Assembly (NCBI GenBank): GCA_964448085.1
Contig: CAYUUX010000002.1
Coordinates: 30,519-94,518, forward strand
Direction: 5' to 3'
Source of the DNA: an uncultured Gammaproteobacteria bacterium
Lineage (GTDB): Bacteria; Patescibacteriota; Microgenomatia; UBA10105; UBA927
DNA length: 64,000 nucleotides
Part shown: piece by piece, positions 11,043-19,236 of the stretch
How the letters are laid out: each line of letters starts with the position of its first letter
How positions within the stretch are numbered: position 1 is the stretch's first letter
Program-made: the position numbers and the translations under genes
Notes under the pieces: generated by a model
Told to the model about the DNA's origin: nothing
Databases searched by the model: none
Seen by the model: the letters and a program-made list of their open reading frames with translations, nothing else

Positions 11043-11096
11043 AAGTATATCAAGCGCAGAAAACCATCATGCGTGTTGCCTTGTATCATAAACGAG

Positions 11097-12218
11097 TCAT
11101 GGTAATTTTGTCAAACCACGGGCGTGCGAAGCAACAAACGCTTTTATTTGTTTTTGAAAAGCAGCTTTTGTAAATTTCTTTGCTTGTGTCTTACACGCTT
11201 TTTCCCAATTGTTTTTCTTTTGTATGAACTCAGCGATTGTTGTCATGAGCGCTTCTTTGGTTAATTCATAAAAAAACATCCCCGTTTCCCCCTCAATAAC
11301 GGTTTCGATAACGCCGCCAGAATGATACGCAAGGACAGGTGTTCCCGTGGCCATGGTTTCAACGGGAAGAATACCGAAATCCTCATCTTCAGATGGAAAA
11401 ATAAAAGCTCTGGCTTGTTTTAAATAACGCCATTTTTCTTGGTCAGTTATTTCTCCTAGAAATTCAACAGAAGGACCAGCGATTTTTTTAAGTTTTTCCC
11501 CATATCCCGCAAATCCCGCTCCAAACACCTTTAATGGAATCCGCATTGTTGTACAGGCGGCTATTGCCAAATCAATATGTTTTGCCTGCGCGAGTCTTCC
11601 ACCGGCGAGAAAGTAGTTTTGTTTTTTTAGCGGAAGCGTACCCGTTGGCTCGTTAACCGGTGGATAGAGCACAAGCGCTTCTTTCCTATAAAATTTTTTT
11701 ATGCGTTTGGCAACCTCATGAGAATTGGCAATAAAATAATCAACGTTTTGACTTGCCAAAACATCGGTGTTGCGCAAGAAATGATTCGCCACCTCTCCCA
11801 ATAACCGTACAATAAGATTCTGTTTCCAACTTCTTGCTGTTGCATAGCCATACAGATATCTTGGTGGTGTATGACAATAGCATATGTGGGTAGCCGATCC
11901 CTTGTGAATCATGTTCGATTGATATGCACCTGTGGCGGAAACAATAACGACATCGAAATTTGAAAAGTCCATAGAGCGAAAAACCGAAGGAGCCAATAAT
12001 CGCAAAGGGCTAATGAGTTTTTCCTTCCACGGAATATATTGGAGCCACGAAGGACGAATGTCCCATGATAGAAATCGGTTTTTGTGTGGACCGAGGAATT
12101 TTGGACAATATACAGTTGTAAATACTGGGGCATCAGGGAAAAGTTCATGGAGGGCCTCCAGCACTCGTTCTGCTCCCCCATACTCTTTAATATAGTCGTG
12201 AACCAGTGCTATTTTCAT
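11097..12218 (-). CDS. Glycosyltransferase family 4 (mannosyltransferase-like)
   Basis: GGAERVL, YCHTPPRY and EDFGILPVETMATGTPV motifs. Confidence 0.9.
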   Translation of the reverse strand: MKIALVHDYIKEYGGAERVLEALHELFPDAPVFTTVYCPKFLGPHKNRFLSWDIRPSWLQYIPWKEKLISPLRLLAPSVFRSMDFSNFDVVIVSATGAYQSNMIHKGSATHICYCHTPPRYLYGYATARSWKQNLIVRLLGEVANHFLRNTDVLASQNVDYFIANSHEVAKRIKKFYRKEALVLYPPVNEPTGTLPLKKQNYFLAGGRLAQAKHIDLAIAACTTMRIPLKVFGAGFAGYGEKLKKIAGPSVEFLGEITDQEKWRYLKQARAFIFPSEDEDFGILPVETMATGTPVLAYHSGGVIETVIEGETGMFFYELTKEALMTTIAEFIQKKNNWEKACKTQAKKFTKAAFQKQIKAFVASHARGLTKLP

Positions 12219-12225
12219 ATGTATA

Positions 12226-13173
12226 TTATATCAATGACATCTGTTCATCGATGGTTTTTTTCAATTCCCCCCTTTTGATGTTTGAGGATTGTTTGCCCGG
12301 CTCTATGGACGCTTGCAATCTCTTTATAAGGGAATGGAATCCCAGGTGTTGTAATATGTTGATGACGGCACCCGCTGAAAACTGTTGTATCAAAATCGGT
12401 TTGATCGATGTTTGGATTCTTATGTCTTGCTTTATGGTGGCGAGTGTTTTAGAAAGCATTGCCAGATTTTTATGTAAGATTAATTTGTCCTTTATTTTCT
12501 GCGAGAACGATGTATCTCTTTCGATATTTTCATAGATGTTTTCAATTGTAGAGTATCGCGTTAATAGATCCACAGCGGTTTTGGGTCCTATTCCTGGTAC
12601 TCCCGGATAATTATCCGATTGGTCTCCTGCAAGCGCCTTATAATCAGGTATTTGCGTTGGTTTTACTCCGAGACGCTCCTGAGTTTCTGAAACCCCATAT
12701 AATTTCGCTTCAGAAAGCCCTTTGGTTGGCATATATACTTTTGTGGTCTTGGTTGCGAGTTGTAAAATATCCTTATCCCCCGTAACAATAATTATTTGAT
12801 CAACCTTTTTGGAAAACTTTTTGCATAACGATCCGATTATATCGTCAGCCTCGAATCCGTCCCTTTCGCAGATAGGAACCTGCATTGCAGACACAATTTC
12901 GTGGATAAGGGGTATTTGATTTGCTAGTCCATCATCCATTTTGGGACGTTTTATTTGATAGTCTGCATAAAGTTTTTTTCTGAACGTCGGTTTTGGTCTG
13001 TCAAAAGTTACCACGAGATGGGTTGGGGTCAGATCGGTTACGAGTCGAAGAAGCATGGAGGTAAAACCATACGCTGCATTTACAAGGGTTCCGTCGGGTG
13101 CGGTAAGAGGAGGAAGCGCATGAAACGCACGATGTAATATTGCGTTTCCATCAATAATGATAAGTCGATTCAC
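12226..13173 (-). CDS. Stand-alone 5'-3' exonuclease/flap endonuclease (Pol I N-terminal domain)
   Basis: IDGN..HRAFHA, EADD, TGDKD and GDQSDNYPGVPGIGPKTA motifs; no polymerase domain follows. Confidence 0.9.
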   Translation of the reverse strand: MNRLIIIDGNAILHRAFHALPPLTAPDGTLVNAAYGFTSMLLRLVTDLTPTHLVVTFDRPKPTFRKKLYADYQIKRPKMDDGLANQIPLIHEIVSAMQVPICERDGFEADDIIGSLCKKFSKKVDQIIIVTGDKDILQLATKTTKVYMPTKGLSEAKLYGVSETQERLGVKPTQIPDYKALAGDQSDNYPGVPGIGPKTAVDLLTRYSTIENIYENIERDTSFSQKIKDKLILHKNLAMLSKTLATIKQDIRIQTSIKPILIQQFSAGAVINILQHLGFHSLIKRLQASIEPGKQSSNIKRGELKKTIDEQMSLI

Positions 13174-13187
13174 GGTGCTTAAAAAAA

Positions 13188-15071
13188 TTAAGAATTTTTT
13201 ATGAGTTCTTCAAACTCCTCCCCTTCCAGGGTTTCTCTTTTTACGAGTTCTTTCGTGATAAGATCCAGCTGCTTCTTGTGTTTTTTAAGAATAAAGATTG
13301 CTGTTTCATATCCCTCAAATACAAGTTTTTGAATTTCTCCATCGATTTTTCCGAGCATTTCAGGAGAAATTTGTTGTTGATCCATCAGTGATTTTCCCCA
13401 TTCGGTGACGTCAACATTTGGGCCGAAGTTTATTGGGCCAAGCGAGCTCATTCCGAATTCCATGACCATGTATCGCGCTATACGCGTTGCTTGATCGATG
13501 TCATTCGCAGCGCCACTTGTTATATCCTTATAGAGCAATTCTTCTGCGGCTCGTCCACCCATCATGGTCGCGATTTGATGTATGAGGTGAGATTTTGTTT
13601 CATGAAGCCTATCTTTTTCCGGAGGGGTCAGGGTATATCCAAGTGCCATACCTCGGGAAATAATAGAAATACGGTGTACCCGATCCATGTCGCCAAGATA
13701 ATAATTTACCACCGCATGTCCCGCTTCGTGTCCAGCAGTCATTCGTCTGTCTTGGTCACTTTGGAGCCTCTTTTTTTCCGGTCCCAATTTGACTTTGGTT
13801 GCAGACTCCTCAATATCCTCATGCGAAATTTCTTTTTTATTGTTTCTCGCAGCGTGAATTGCCGACTCATTCAGCATGTTTTCAAGGTCGGCTCCAGAAA
13901 ATCCAACAGTTCTTTTTGCAACCTTATCCCAATTCACTATTTTCGAAAAAGGTTTTCCTTTTGCATGAATAAGAAGAATTGATTTTCTTCCTTCCATATC
14001 GGGAAGGTCGAGCGTAACTCGTCGATCAAATCGGCCCGGCCTCGTCAAGGCGGGATCGAGTAAATCTCCCCTGTTGGTTGCCGCAACAACGAGTACGGCG
14101 GTGTTTGGTTCGAATCCGTCCATTTCTACAAGTATTTGGTTAAGCGTTTGTTCTCGTTCGTCGTGCCCGCCCATCGCGCCAACGGATCGCATGCGTCCTA
14201 TTGCATCGATTTCGTCAATGAAAATGATTGCTGGAGCAGTTTTTTTCGCGGTTGCGAAGAGATCACGTACCCGTGCAGCTCCGACACCAACAAGCATTTC
14301 CATAAACTCACTTCCCGCTATCGAATAAAAAGGGACTTTTGCCTCCCCCGCCATGGCTTTGGCCAGCAGGGTTTTTCCTGTTCCGCTTGGACCAACGAGT
14401 ATCACACCTTTTGGTGTGCGAGCACCGAGGGCTTTATATTTAGCGGGATTTTTTAAAAAATCGACGATTTCTACAACTTCGTTTTTTGCCTCATCAACAC
14501 CAGCAACATCCGCAAAAGTAATTTTAGGAAGATCTTTATTCCACAATTTGGCTTTACTTTGGCCAAATGAAAAAACGCTATCCTGCGCACCACGAGCCTG
14601 TCGAAACAGAAAAAGAAAAAAGACAACGGTCAGTACCAGTGGGAGCACGTTGGATAGGATGCCCATCCATATTTGGCTTGCATTCAGATCTTTTACTTTA
14701 ATTTCAATGGTTTTTGGATCAACGCCCGTGTCTTCAAGGAGTTTATATAGTGAATCTTGAGGCTCTTTATGCGTAATGACTTTTTTTCCGTCTTTATACA
14801 CAGCAGTGAGTTTCGTATCCTCCACCTCAATTGTTTGGATTTTATTATCTTTAATGTCCGATATCACTAGGGTAAACGGCTGTTCTGGTGTGGTTGCCGC
14901 TCCACCAGTTATATTTCCGAGAACTGAAAAGACAACGAAAATAATGAGCAACCCCGTGATGATATTCTTCAGATTTATATTCAATCGAAGTTCAAACATC
15001 TTCTTTGATTTTTTTGTTCCGTTTGTGGACACCCTTTTCTCTTGTTGCGAGGAATATTTTTTTGTTGTCAT
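13188..15071 (-). CDS. ftsH: ATP-dependent zinc metalloprotease FtsH
   Basis: Two TM segments, AAA Walker [22 protein letters not shown] and HEAGH. Confidence 0.97.
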   Translation of the reverse strand: MTTKKYSSQQEKRVSTNGTKKSKKMFELRLNINLKNIITGLLIIFVVFSVLGNITGGAATTPEQPFTLVISDIKDNKIQTIEVEDTKLTAVYKDGKKVITHKEPQDSLYKLLEDTGVDPKTIEIKVKDLNASQIWMGILSNVLPLVLTVVFFLFLFRQARGAQDSVFSFGQSKAKLWNKDLPKITFADVAGVDEAKNEVVEIVDFLKNPAKYKALGARTPKGVILVGPSGTGKTLLAKAMAGEAKVPFYSIAGSEFMEMLVGVGAARVRDLFATAKKTAPAIIFIDEIDAIGRMRSVGAMGGHDEREQTLNQILVEMDGFEPNTAVLVVAATNRGDLLDPALTRPGRFDRRVTLDLPDMEGRKSILLIHAKGKPFSKIVNWDKVAKRTVGFSGADLENMLNESAIHAARNNKKEISHEDIEESATKVKLGPEKKRLQSDQDRRMTAGHEAGHAVVNYYLGDMDRVHRISIISRGMALGYTLTPPEKDRLHETKSHLIHQIATMMGGRAAEELLYKDITSGAANDIDQATRIARYMVMEFGMSSLGPINFGPNVDVTEWGKSLMDQQQISPEMLGKIDGEIQKLVFEGYETAIFILKKHKKQLDLITKELVKRETLEGEEFEELIKNS

Positions 15072-15134
15072 ATCGAGAATAGCTTGATGATACTTACAAT
15101 TTCAATAGTGTAGTATACCACGGAATTTAAATAC

Positions 15135-15163
15135 TTGACAGAGCGCCATGGGAACGGTATTGT
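15135..15163 (+). promoter_or_regulatory. Sigma70-type promoter, probably leaderless
   Basis: TTGACA, 17-nt spacer, TATTGT, then 7 nt to ATG 15171. Confidence 0.55.
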
Positions 15164-15170
15164 CTTTGCT

Positions 15171-16052
15171 ATGCGCATTCCACACCATGTATTTGCCCCT
15201 TCTACTTCTGGTTATCCCATCATTGGTTTTCAATCGAAAGAAACACGTGCGCTTACCGTGGGGTATATTCATAAACGGGGGAAAAAGGAAACGTTTATTC
15301 CCTGTCGGGAGCATTTTGGAGCCCTTCGTGAGGAGGACGCGTTTTCGGCAACCGTACAATCGTTATCCCTTTCTCCCATTCAAAAAATGTTACACGCTCA
15401 CGATCCCTATACCATCTCGACCATAACTATTTTACGGGAAACGGTTGCGTGTCGGCTTTCAAGTGCGCTTTTTTATGCAGGTATACCCGCGCACTACGGG
15501 GACTGTTTTATTGGAGCAAATCATGTTAAGTCTGCAACAAGCATCACAACATCATATGCGTATGAAAATACTGAAGGATTGTGCACAGATGGGTGTTGGG
15601 TTATTGCTGATAGCATTGCCTCGGGCAAAAATTTAATAGCCACCCTTCGTTCTTTATTAGGAAAATATCATCCCAAAGAACTTATTTTTATTGTTCCCAT
15701 CGGTAATCGGTGGGGCATTAATGAAGTCAGTAGGGTTGTTGCAGACTATTCCGTACCCACTACGTTTGTTGTTTGGGGAGCGTTGTTTGGTTTAAATCCG
15801 GAAAATCACTACGACGAACCATGGGGGCTTCCAGACTGTGAACCTATTGATAAACGAGACCAACAAACGTTTGTTTCTATGTATTCTCCAACCCTATGTG
15901 TTGGTGGAGATTTTGGTAACGATTACTATTGTGTGGCGTTGGCAAAGAACTTATATAAAAAACAACTTGCAGATCTGCATATAACACCCAACATTCCCAC
16001 CGCAAAATTTATCCGATCGGTATACGCTTCAGAAGAAATCCTCACACGATAA
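15171..16052 (+). CDS. Type I phosphoribosyltransferase-fold protein (divergent, uracil PRTase-like)
   Basis: PRPP-loop-like VIADSIASG, ILRE motif resembling ILRAG of UPRT, and C-terminal GGDFG. Confidence 0.55.
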   Translation: MRIPHHVFAPSTSGYPIIGFQSKETRALTVGYIHKRGKKETFIPCREHFGALREEDAFSATVQSLSLSPIQKMLHAHDPYTISTITILRETVACRLSSALFYAGIPAHYGDCFIGANHVKSATSITTSYAYENTEGLCTDGCWVIADSIASGKNLIATLRSLLGKYHPKELIFIVPIGNRWGINEVSRVVADYSVPTTFVVWGALFGLNPENHYDEPWGLPDCEPIDKRDQQTFVSMYSPTLCVGGDFGNDYYCVALAKNLYKKQLADLHITPNIPTAKFIRSVYASEEILTR

Positions 16053-16056
16053 GCCG

Positions 16057-17427
16057 TTATCGGCTTTGGGATCCTAGAGGAAAGGTGTTTGTTTCAATAA
16101 ACAGTGGCCTTCCTTCTGTGTCGTCTACTGCCACTATCATTCCCTGAGATTCTTCTCCCATTATTTTTCTATATTGCAAATTGAAAACAAAGAGAAATTT
16201 TTTGCCGGTGAAATACTCTGCGGCATACCCAAACTGTCTGACTCCAGTGAATATGATCCGTTTTCCTAATTCCCCAAAATTAACATGGAGCCGGATCAAT
16301 TTTTCACTTTTCTCAACGTGTTCTGCTGATTCAACTTGCCCAACCCGCATTTCCACGTTGTACCAATCGTCAATTGTGATGGTTGTTTTTTTACTTGTAG
16401 GAACGGAGTAGGCATTAGTTATACCTGTCAAATTTTTAACCTCTTGTAACGTTGATTCTGCATATCTCATGGCTTGTTCTTTCCCACGAGAAAGAATCTC
16501 CTTTATATATTCGGGATGCTTCTGCATTTCCTTATATTGTTTTCGTGCCGGTGCAAAATGCTGTAGGAGCGATTGATATAAATATTCCTTTACTTCTATA
16601 TCCGCTATTTCTCCCCTCTTATATGCTTGTTTCATTTGCTGTACCTTTTCCTTATCACCAAAAAATTCCAGATATACAAAAACCATGTTTCCATCAATGT
16701 GACCGGGATCCGTTTTATGAATACGGGTTGGATCTGTATATGTTCCCATCACCTGTTTTTTGATGGTTTCTTCTGTTTCAAAAATGCTAATAATATTGCC
16801 TAAAGACTTACTCATTTTTCGTTTTCCATCGGTACCAAGTATTGTTGCAACGTTTTTTGAAATGAGTGGATCGGATAATTTAAAGCATGATGTGTTGTAG
16901 GTTCGGTTAAACAGTTGTGCAATATCTCTGGCAATTTCGACATGTTGTTTTTGATCTTTTCCTACCGGAACGAGGTCGGGTTTATATAAAAGAATGTCAG
17001 CCGCCATGAGAATTGGATAACTAAATAGACCGACGTTAATAGTATCCTCAGCGGTGTCTTTTTGGAGTTTATCCTTATATGCATGCGCCCGTTTTAACAA
17101 CCCAAGTGGAGTAAAATTATTGAGAATTGTTTGTAGTTCTGAATGGAGCCCCCCGATGTCGGATTGTCTAAAAAAGATAAGTCGATCGAATTCTTCTGGT
17201 TCCAAAAAACCTTTCAAGAGAGCGAGTTCGCTAAGTATCAATGTTTCTGTGTTCCTTTGTAATTTATCTTTATTCTGAACAGTTGTCAGTGCGTGATAGT
17301 CAGCCACAAAAAGAAAGCACTCATGTGTGTGTGCCATGTCAATAAATTGTTTGACTGCTCCTAGGTAGTTGCCGATATGGAGAGTGCCATCACCACTTGG
17401 TGTTATACCAGATAAAACTCGTTTCAT
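16057..17427 (-). CDS. trpS: Tryptophan--tRNA ligase fused to a C-terminal tRNA-binding OB-fold (Trbp111/CsaA/MetRS-C-like)
   Basis: HIGN, YPILMAADIL, VPVGKDQ and KMSKS motifs. The last ~110 aa (TIDDW..MRVGQV..EKSEKL..NL..RKIMGEESQGM) match the tRNA_bind domain pattern. Confidence 0.95.
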   Translation of the reverse strand: MKRVLSGITPSGDGTLHIGNYLGAVKQFIDMAHTHECFLFVADYHALTTVQNKDKLQRNTETLILSELALLKGFLEPEEFDRLIFFRQSDIGGLHSELQTILNNFTPLGLLKRAHAYKDKLQKDTAEDTINVGLFSYPILMAADILLYKPDLVPVGKDQKQHVEIARDIAQLFNRTYNTSCFKLSDPLISKNVATILGTDGKRKMSKSLGNIISIFETEETIKKQVMGTYTDPTRIHKTDPGHIDGNMVFVYLEFFGDKEKVQQMKQAYKRGEIADIEVKEYLYQSLLQHFAPARKQYKEMQKHPEYIKEILSRGKEQAMRYAESTLQEVKNLTGITNAYSVPTSKKTTITIDDWYNVEMRVGQVESAEHVEKSEKLIRLHVNFGELGKRIIFTGVRQFGYAAEYFTGKKFLFVFNLQYRKIMGEESQGMIVAVDDTEGRPLFIETNTFPLGSQSR

Positions 17428-17492
17428 AGTTATTCCTTTCATATATTGTATCATTTGTATTTTTTCTATAGATATGTTTGTTTTATCTTCTG

Positions 17493-18800
17493 CTATTGCA
17501 ATGAACCGTTCAAAAATTTTTCATACCCTCCGAGATCTAGCAAACCGTGTCCGGACAGATTAAAACAAATTACCTTTTTGTTCCCTTGCTTTCGAGCGCG
17601 AATAGCTTCATCAATTACTGCCTTGATCGCGTGTGCACTTTCTGGAGCCGGAATTATTCCCTCTGCTTTCATAAAACAATGCGCGGCTTCAAAAATTTCT
17701 TTTTGAGAATACGCACGAGCACGCGTAATTCCACGCGTGTTTAAGAATGACAAAATTGGTGCATTTCCATGGTATCGCAGCCCCCCAGCGTGAATTACGG
17801 CAGGAATGAACGATGCGCCCAGCGTCTGCATTTTAAGCAGCGGCGTTTGTTTTGCCGCGTCACCAAAATCATATTTGTATTCCCCTTTGGTCATTTTTGG
17901 ACAGGCACTGGATTCAACGAGTATGCAATCAAGACTTGTGCGTTCTCCTGAGATTTTTTTAATAATAAATGGTGCCATAAACCCAAACGCATTGCTTCCT
18001 CCACCAACACACCCAATCAACACATCTGGATATTCTCCAAGGTGTTTAAATTGTTCTTCTACCTCCTGTCCAATAATGGTTTGATGCATGAGTACGTGAT
18101 TTAATACGCTTCCCAAAGCATAACGTGCTGTTTTGTCGTCCCGAATTGTTTCCAGGGCCTCAGCTATGGCGATCCCAAGGCTTCCGGGATGCTGCGGACG
18201 TTCGTTTAACAGATGTTTTCCGAATGCCGTTTGATTTGAAGGACTTGCAAATACGTTTGCACCAAACAACTGCATGATCGTTTTTCTATACGGTTTTTGT
18301 TCATAGGAAGAACGGACCATAAATATGGAGCACCGTACATCAAAAAATTTACATGCTAGTGCTAACGCTGACCCCCATTGACCAGCGCCAGTTTCCGTAA
18401 TGAGTCGTTTAACACCTTCTTGTTTGTTGTAATACGCTTGAGGAATTGCCGTATTGATCTTATGGCTTCCAGAGATGGTTGCGCCTTCATTTTTAAAATA
18501 GATATGCGCAGGGGTTTGGAGCACCTGTTCCAGACGGGTTGCACGGACAAGTGGCGTTGGTCGAAATGTCATATAGATGTTTCTGACTGCATTGGGAATT
18601 TCAACTTTTTCCTCAAGCGTTAATTCTTGTTTAGCGATTTCCTTTGGGAAAAGCCCACACAGATCCTTCATGGTTATGGGTTTGTTTGTTGCCGGATTGA
18701 GATGCGGATCTGGCAAACTCCCCACATATTTTTTGAGGTAATAGTTTATATTGAGATAGTGTGTTGGTGTTTGCACCGAACATTGATTTCCTTTTGTCAT
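17493..18800 (-). CDS. trpB2: TrpB2-type tryptophan synthase beta (stand-alone PLP enzyme)
   Basis: RPTPLVRA, GSHKINTA, TETGAGQWGSAL, GCVGGGSN, HAGGLRYHG, PAPESAHA and NLSGHG motifs. Confidence 0.93.
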   Translation of the reverse strand: MTKGNQCSVQTPTHYLNINYYLKKYVGSLPDPHLNPATNKPITMKDLCGLFPKEIAKQELTLEEKVEIPNAVRNIYMTFRPTPLVRATRLEQVLQTPAHIYFKNEGATISGSHKINTAIPQAYYNKQEGVKRLITETGAGQWGSALALACKFFDVRCSIFMVRSSYEQKPYRKTIMQLFGANVFASPSNQTAFGKHLLNERPQHPGSLGIAIAEALETIRDDKTARYALGSVLNHVLMHQTIIGQEVEEQFKHLGEYPDVLIGCVGGGSNAFGFMAPFIIKKISGERTSLDCILVESSACPKMTKGEYKYDFGDAAKQTPLLKMQTLGASFIPAVIHAGGLRYHGNAPILSFLNTRGITRARAYSQKEIFEAAHCFMKAEGIIPAPESAHAIKAVIDEAIRARKQGNKKVICFNLSGHGLLDLGGYEKFLNGSLQ

Positions 18801-18894
18801 AGTAGATCCTTTATAAAAATTTTTTGTACACATTGACATATGACTGTTTTTGCCAGTATTTCCCCCTTGTCATACTTTGTTGATAGTTCATAGG

Positions 18895-18965
18895 CAGGAG
18901 CATCAGGATTTGAACCTGAAATGAGGATTTTGGAGATCCCCGTGATACCGTTTCACTATGCTCCT
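18895..18965 (-). tRNA. tRNA-Trp (CCA); discriminator G73; 3' CCA not encoded
   Basis: Cloverleaf: AGGAGCA/TGCTCCT acceptor stem, CT-CCA-AA anticodon loop, TTCAAAT T-loop. Confidence 0.93.
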
Positions 18966-18972
18966 AAACGAC

Positions 18973-19015
18973 AAAAACCCGTACAGAACACCAAGATATT
19001 GTTGTTCTGTACGGG
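18973..19015 (-). terminator. Intrinsic terminator of the T-box leader
   Basis: Perfect 13-bp stem CCCGTACAGAACA/TGTTCTGTACGGG followed by TTTTT. Confidence 0.85.
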
Positions 19016-19180
19016 CCTTTATTTGAGATTCGGCTGTGCCACCGTACGCTTCCCTTTCGGGACTTTTCTTGACGCACTCCGTTTTTACGACATGCGTTCC
19101 TGACTTTTACGGTTTCGGCTCCGTACCTGATTGGGGTCAGCTTCCCGGTTCCATCCTTCCGGATCAGCGCTTTCTAAACA
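18973..19180 (-). ncRNA. Putative Trp-specific T-box riboswitch with ultrashort Stem I
   Basis: No sizeable ORF on the sense strand. Antiterminator GUACGG-UGGCACA-GCC...GGC-CCGUAC overlaps the terminator. Stem III UCCC-GAAA-GGGA. Stem I GAUCCGG-AAGGAUGGAA-CCGGGAAGC carries UGG in its loop. Confidence 0.78.
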
Positions 19181-19185
19181 TACAT

Positions 19186-19194
19186 AGTATACCA
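19186..19194 (-). promoter_or_regulatory. Extended -10 promoter for the T-box/tRNA-Trp/trpB2/trpS unit
   Basis: TGGTATACT on the minus strand, about 18 nt before Stem I. Confidence 0.6.
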
Positions 19195-19236
19195 TACGCT
19201 GTCCAGCGGTAGAGCTATAGTAGGAAACTATTGTTA

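Noticed and set aside
18811-18891. 26-codon uORF (MNYQQSMTRGKYWQKQSYVNVYKKFL) between tRNA-Trp and trpB2 as a Trp attenuator peptide
   Set aside because: It has only one Trp codon, no RBS and no downstream terminator, and the T-box already explains regulation.
18921-19103. 60-aa plus-strand ORF
   Set aside because: It is antisense to tRNA-Trp and the structured leader, so it is a shadow ORF.
19020-19175. Partial resemblance of the leader to c-di-AMP (ydaO) or cobalamin riboswitch motifs
   Set aside because: Only scattered short matches. The T-box model explains the bulged antiterminator, terminator overlap, UGG specifier, discriminator match and gene context together.
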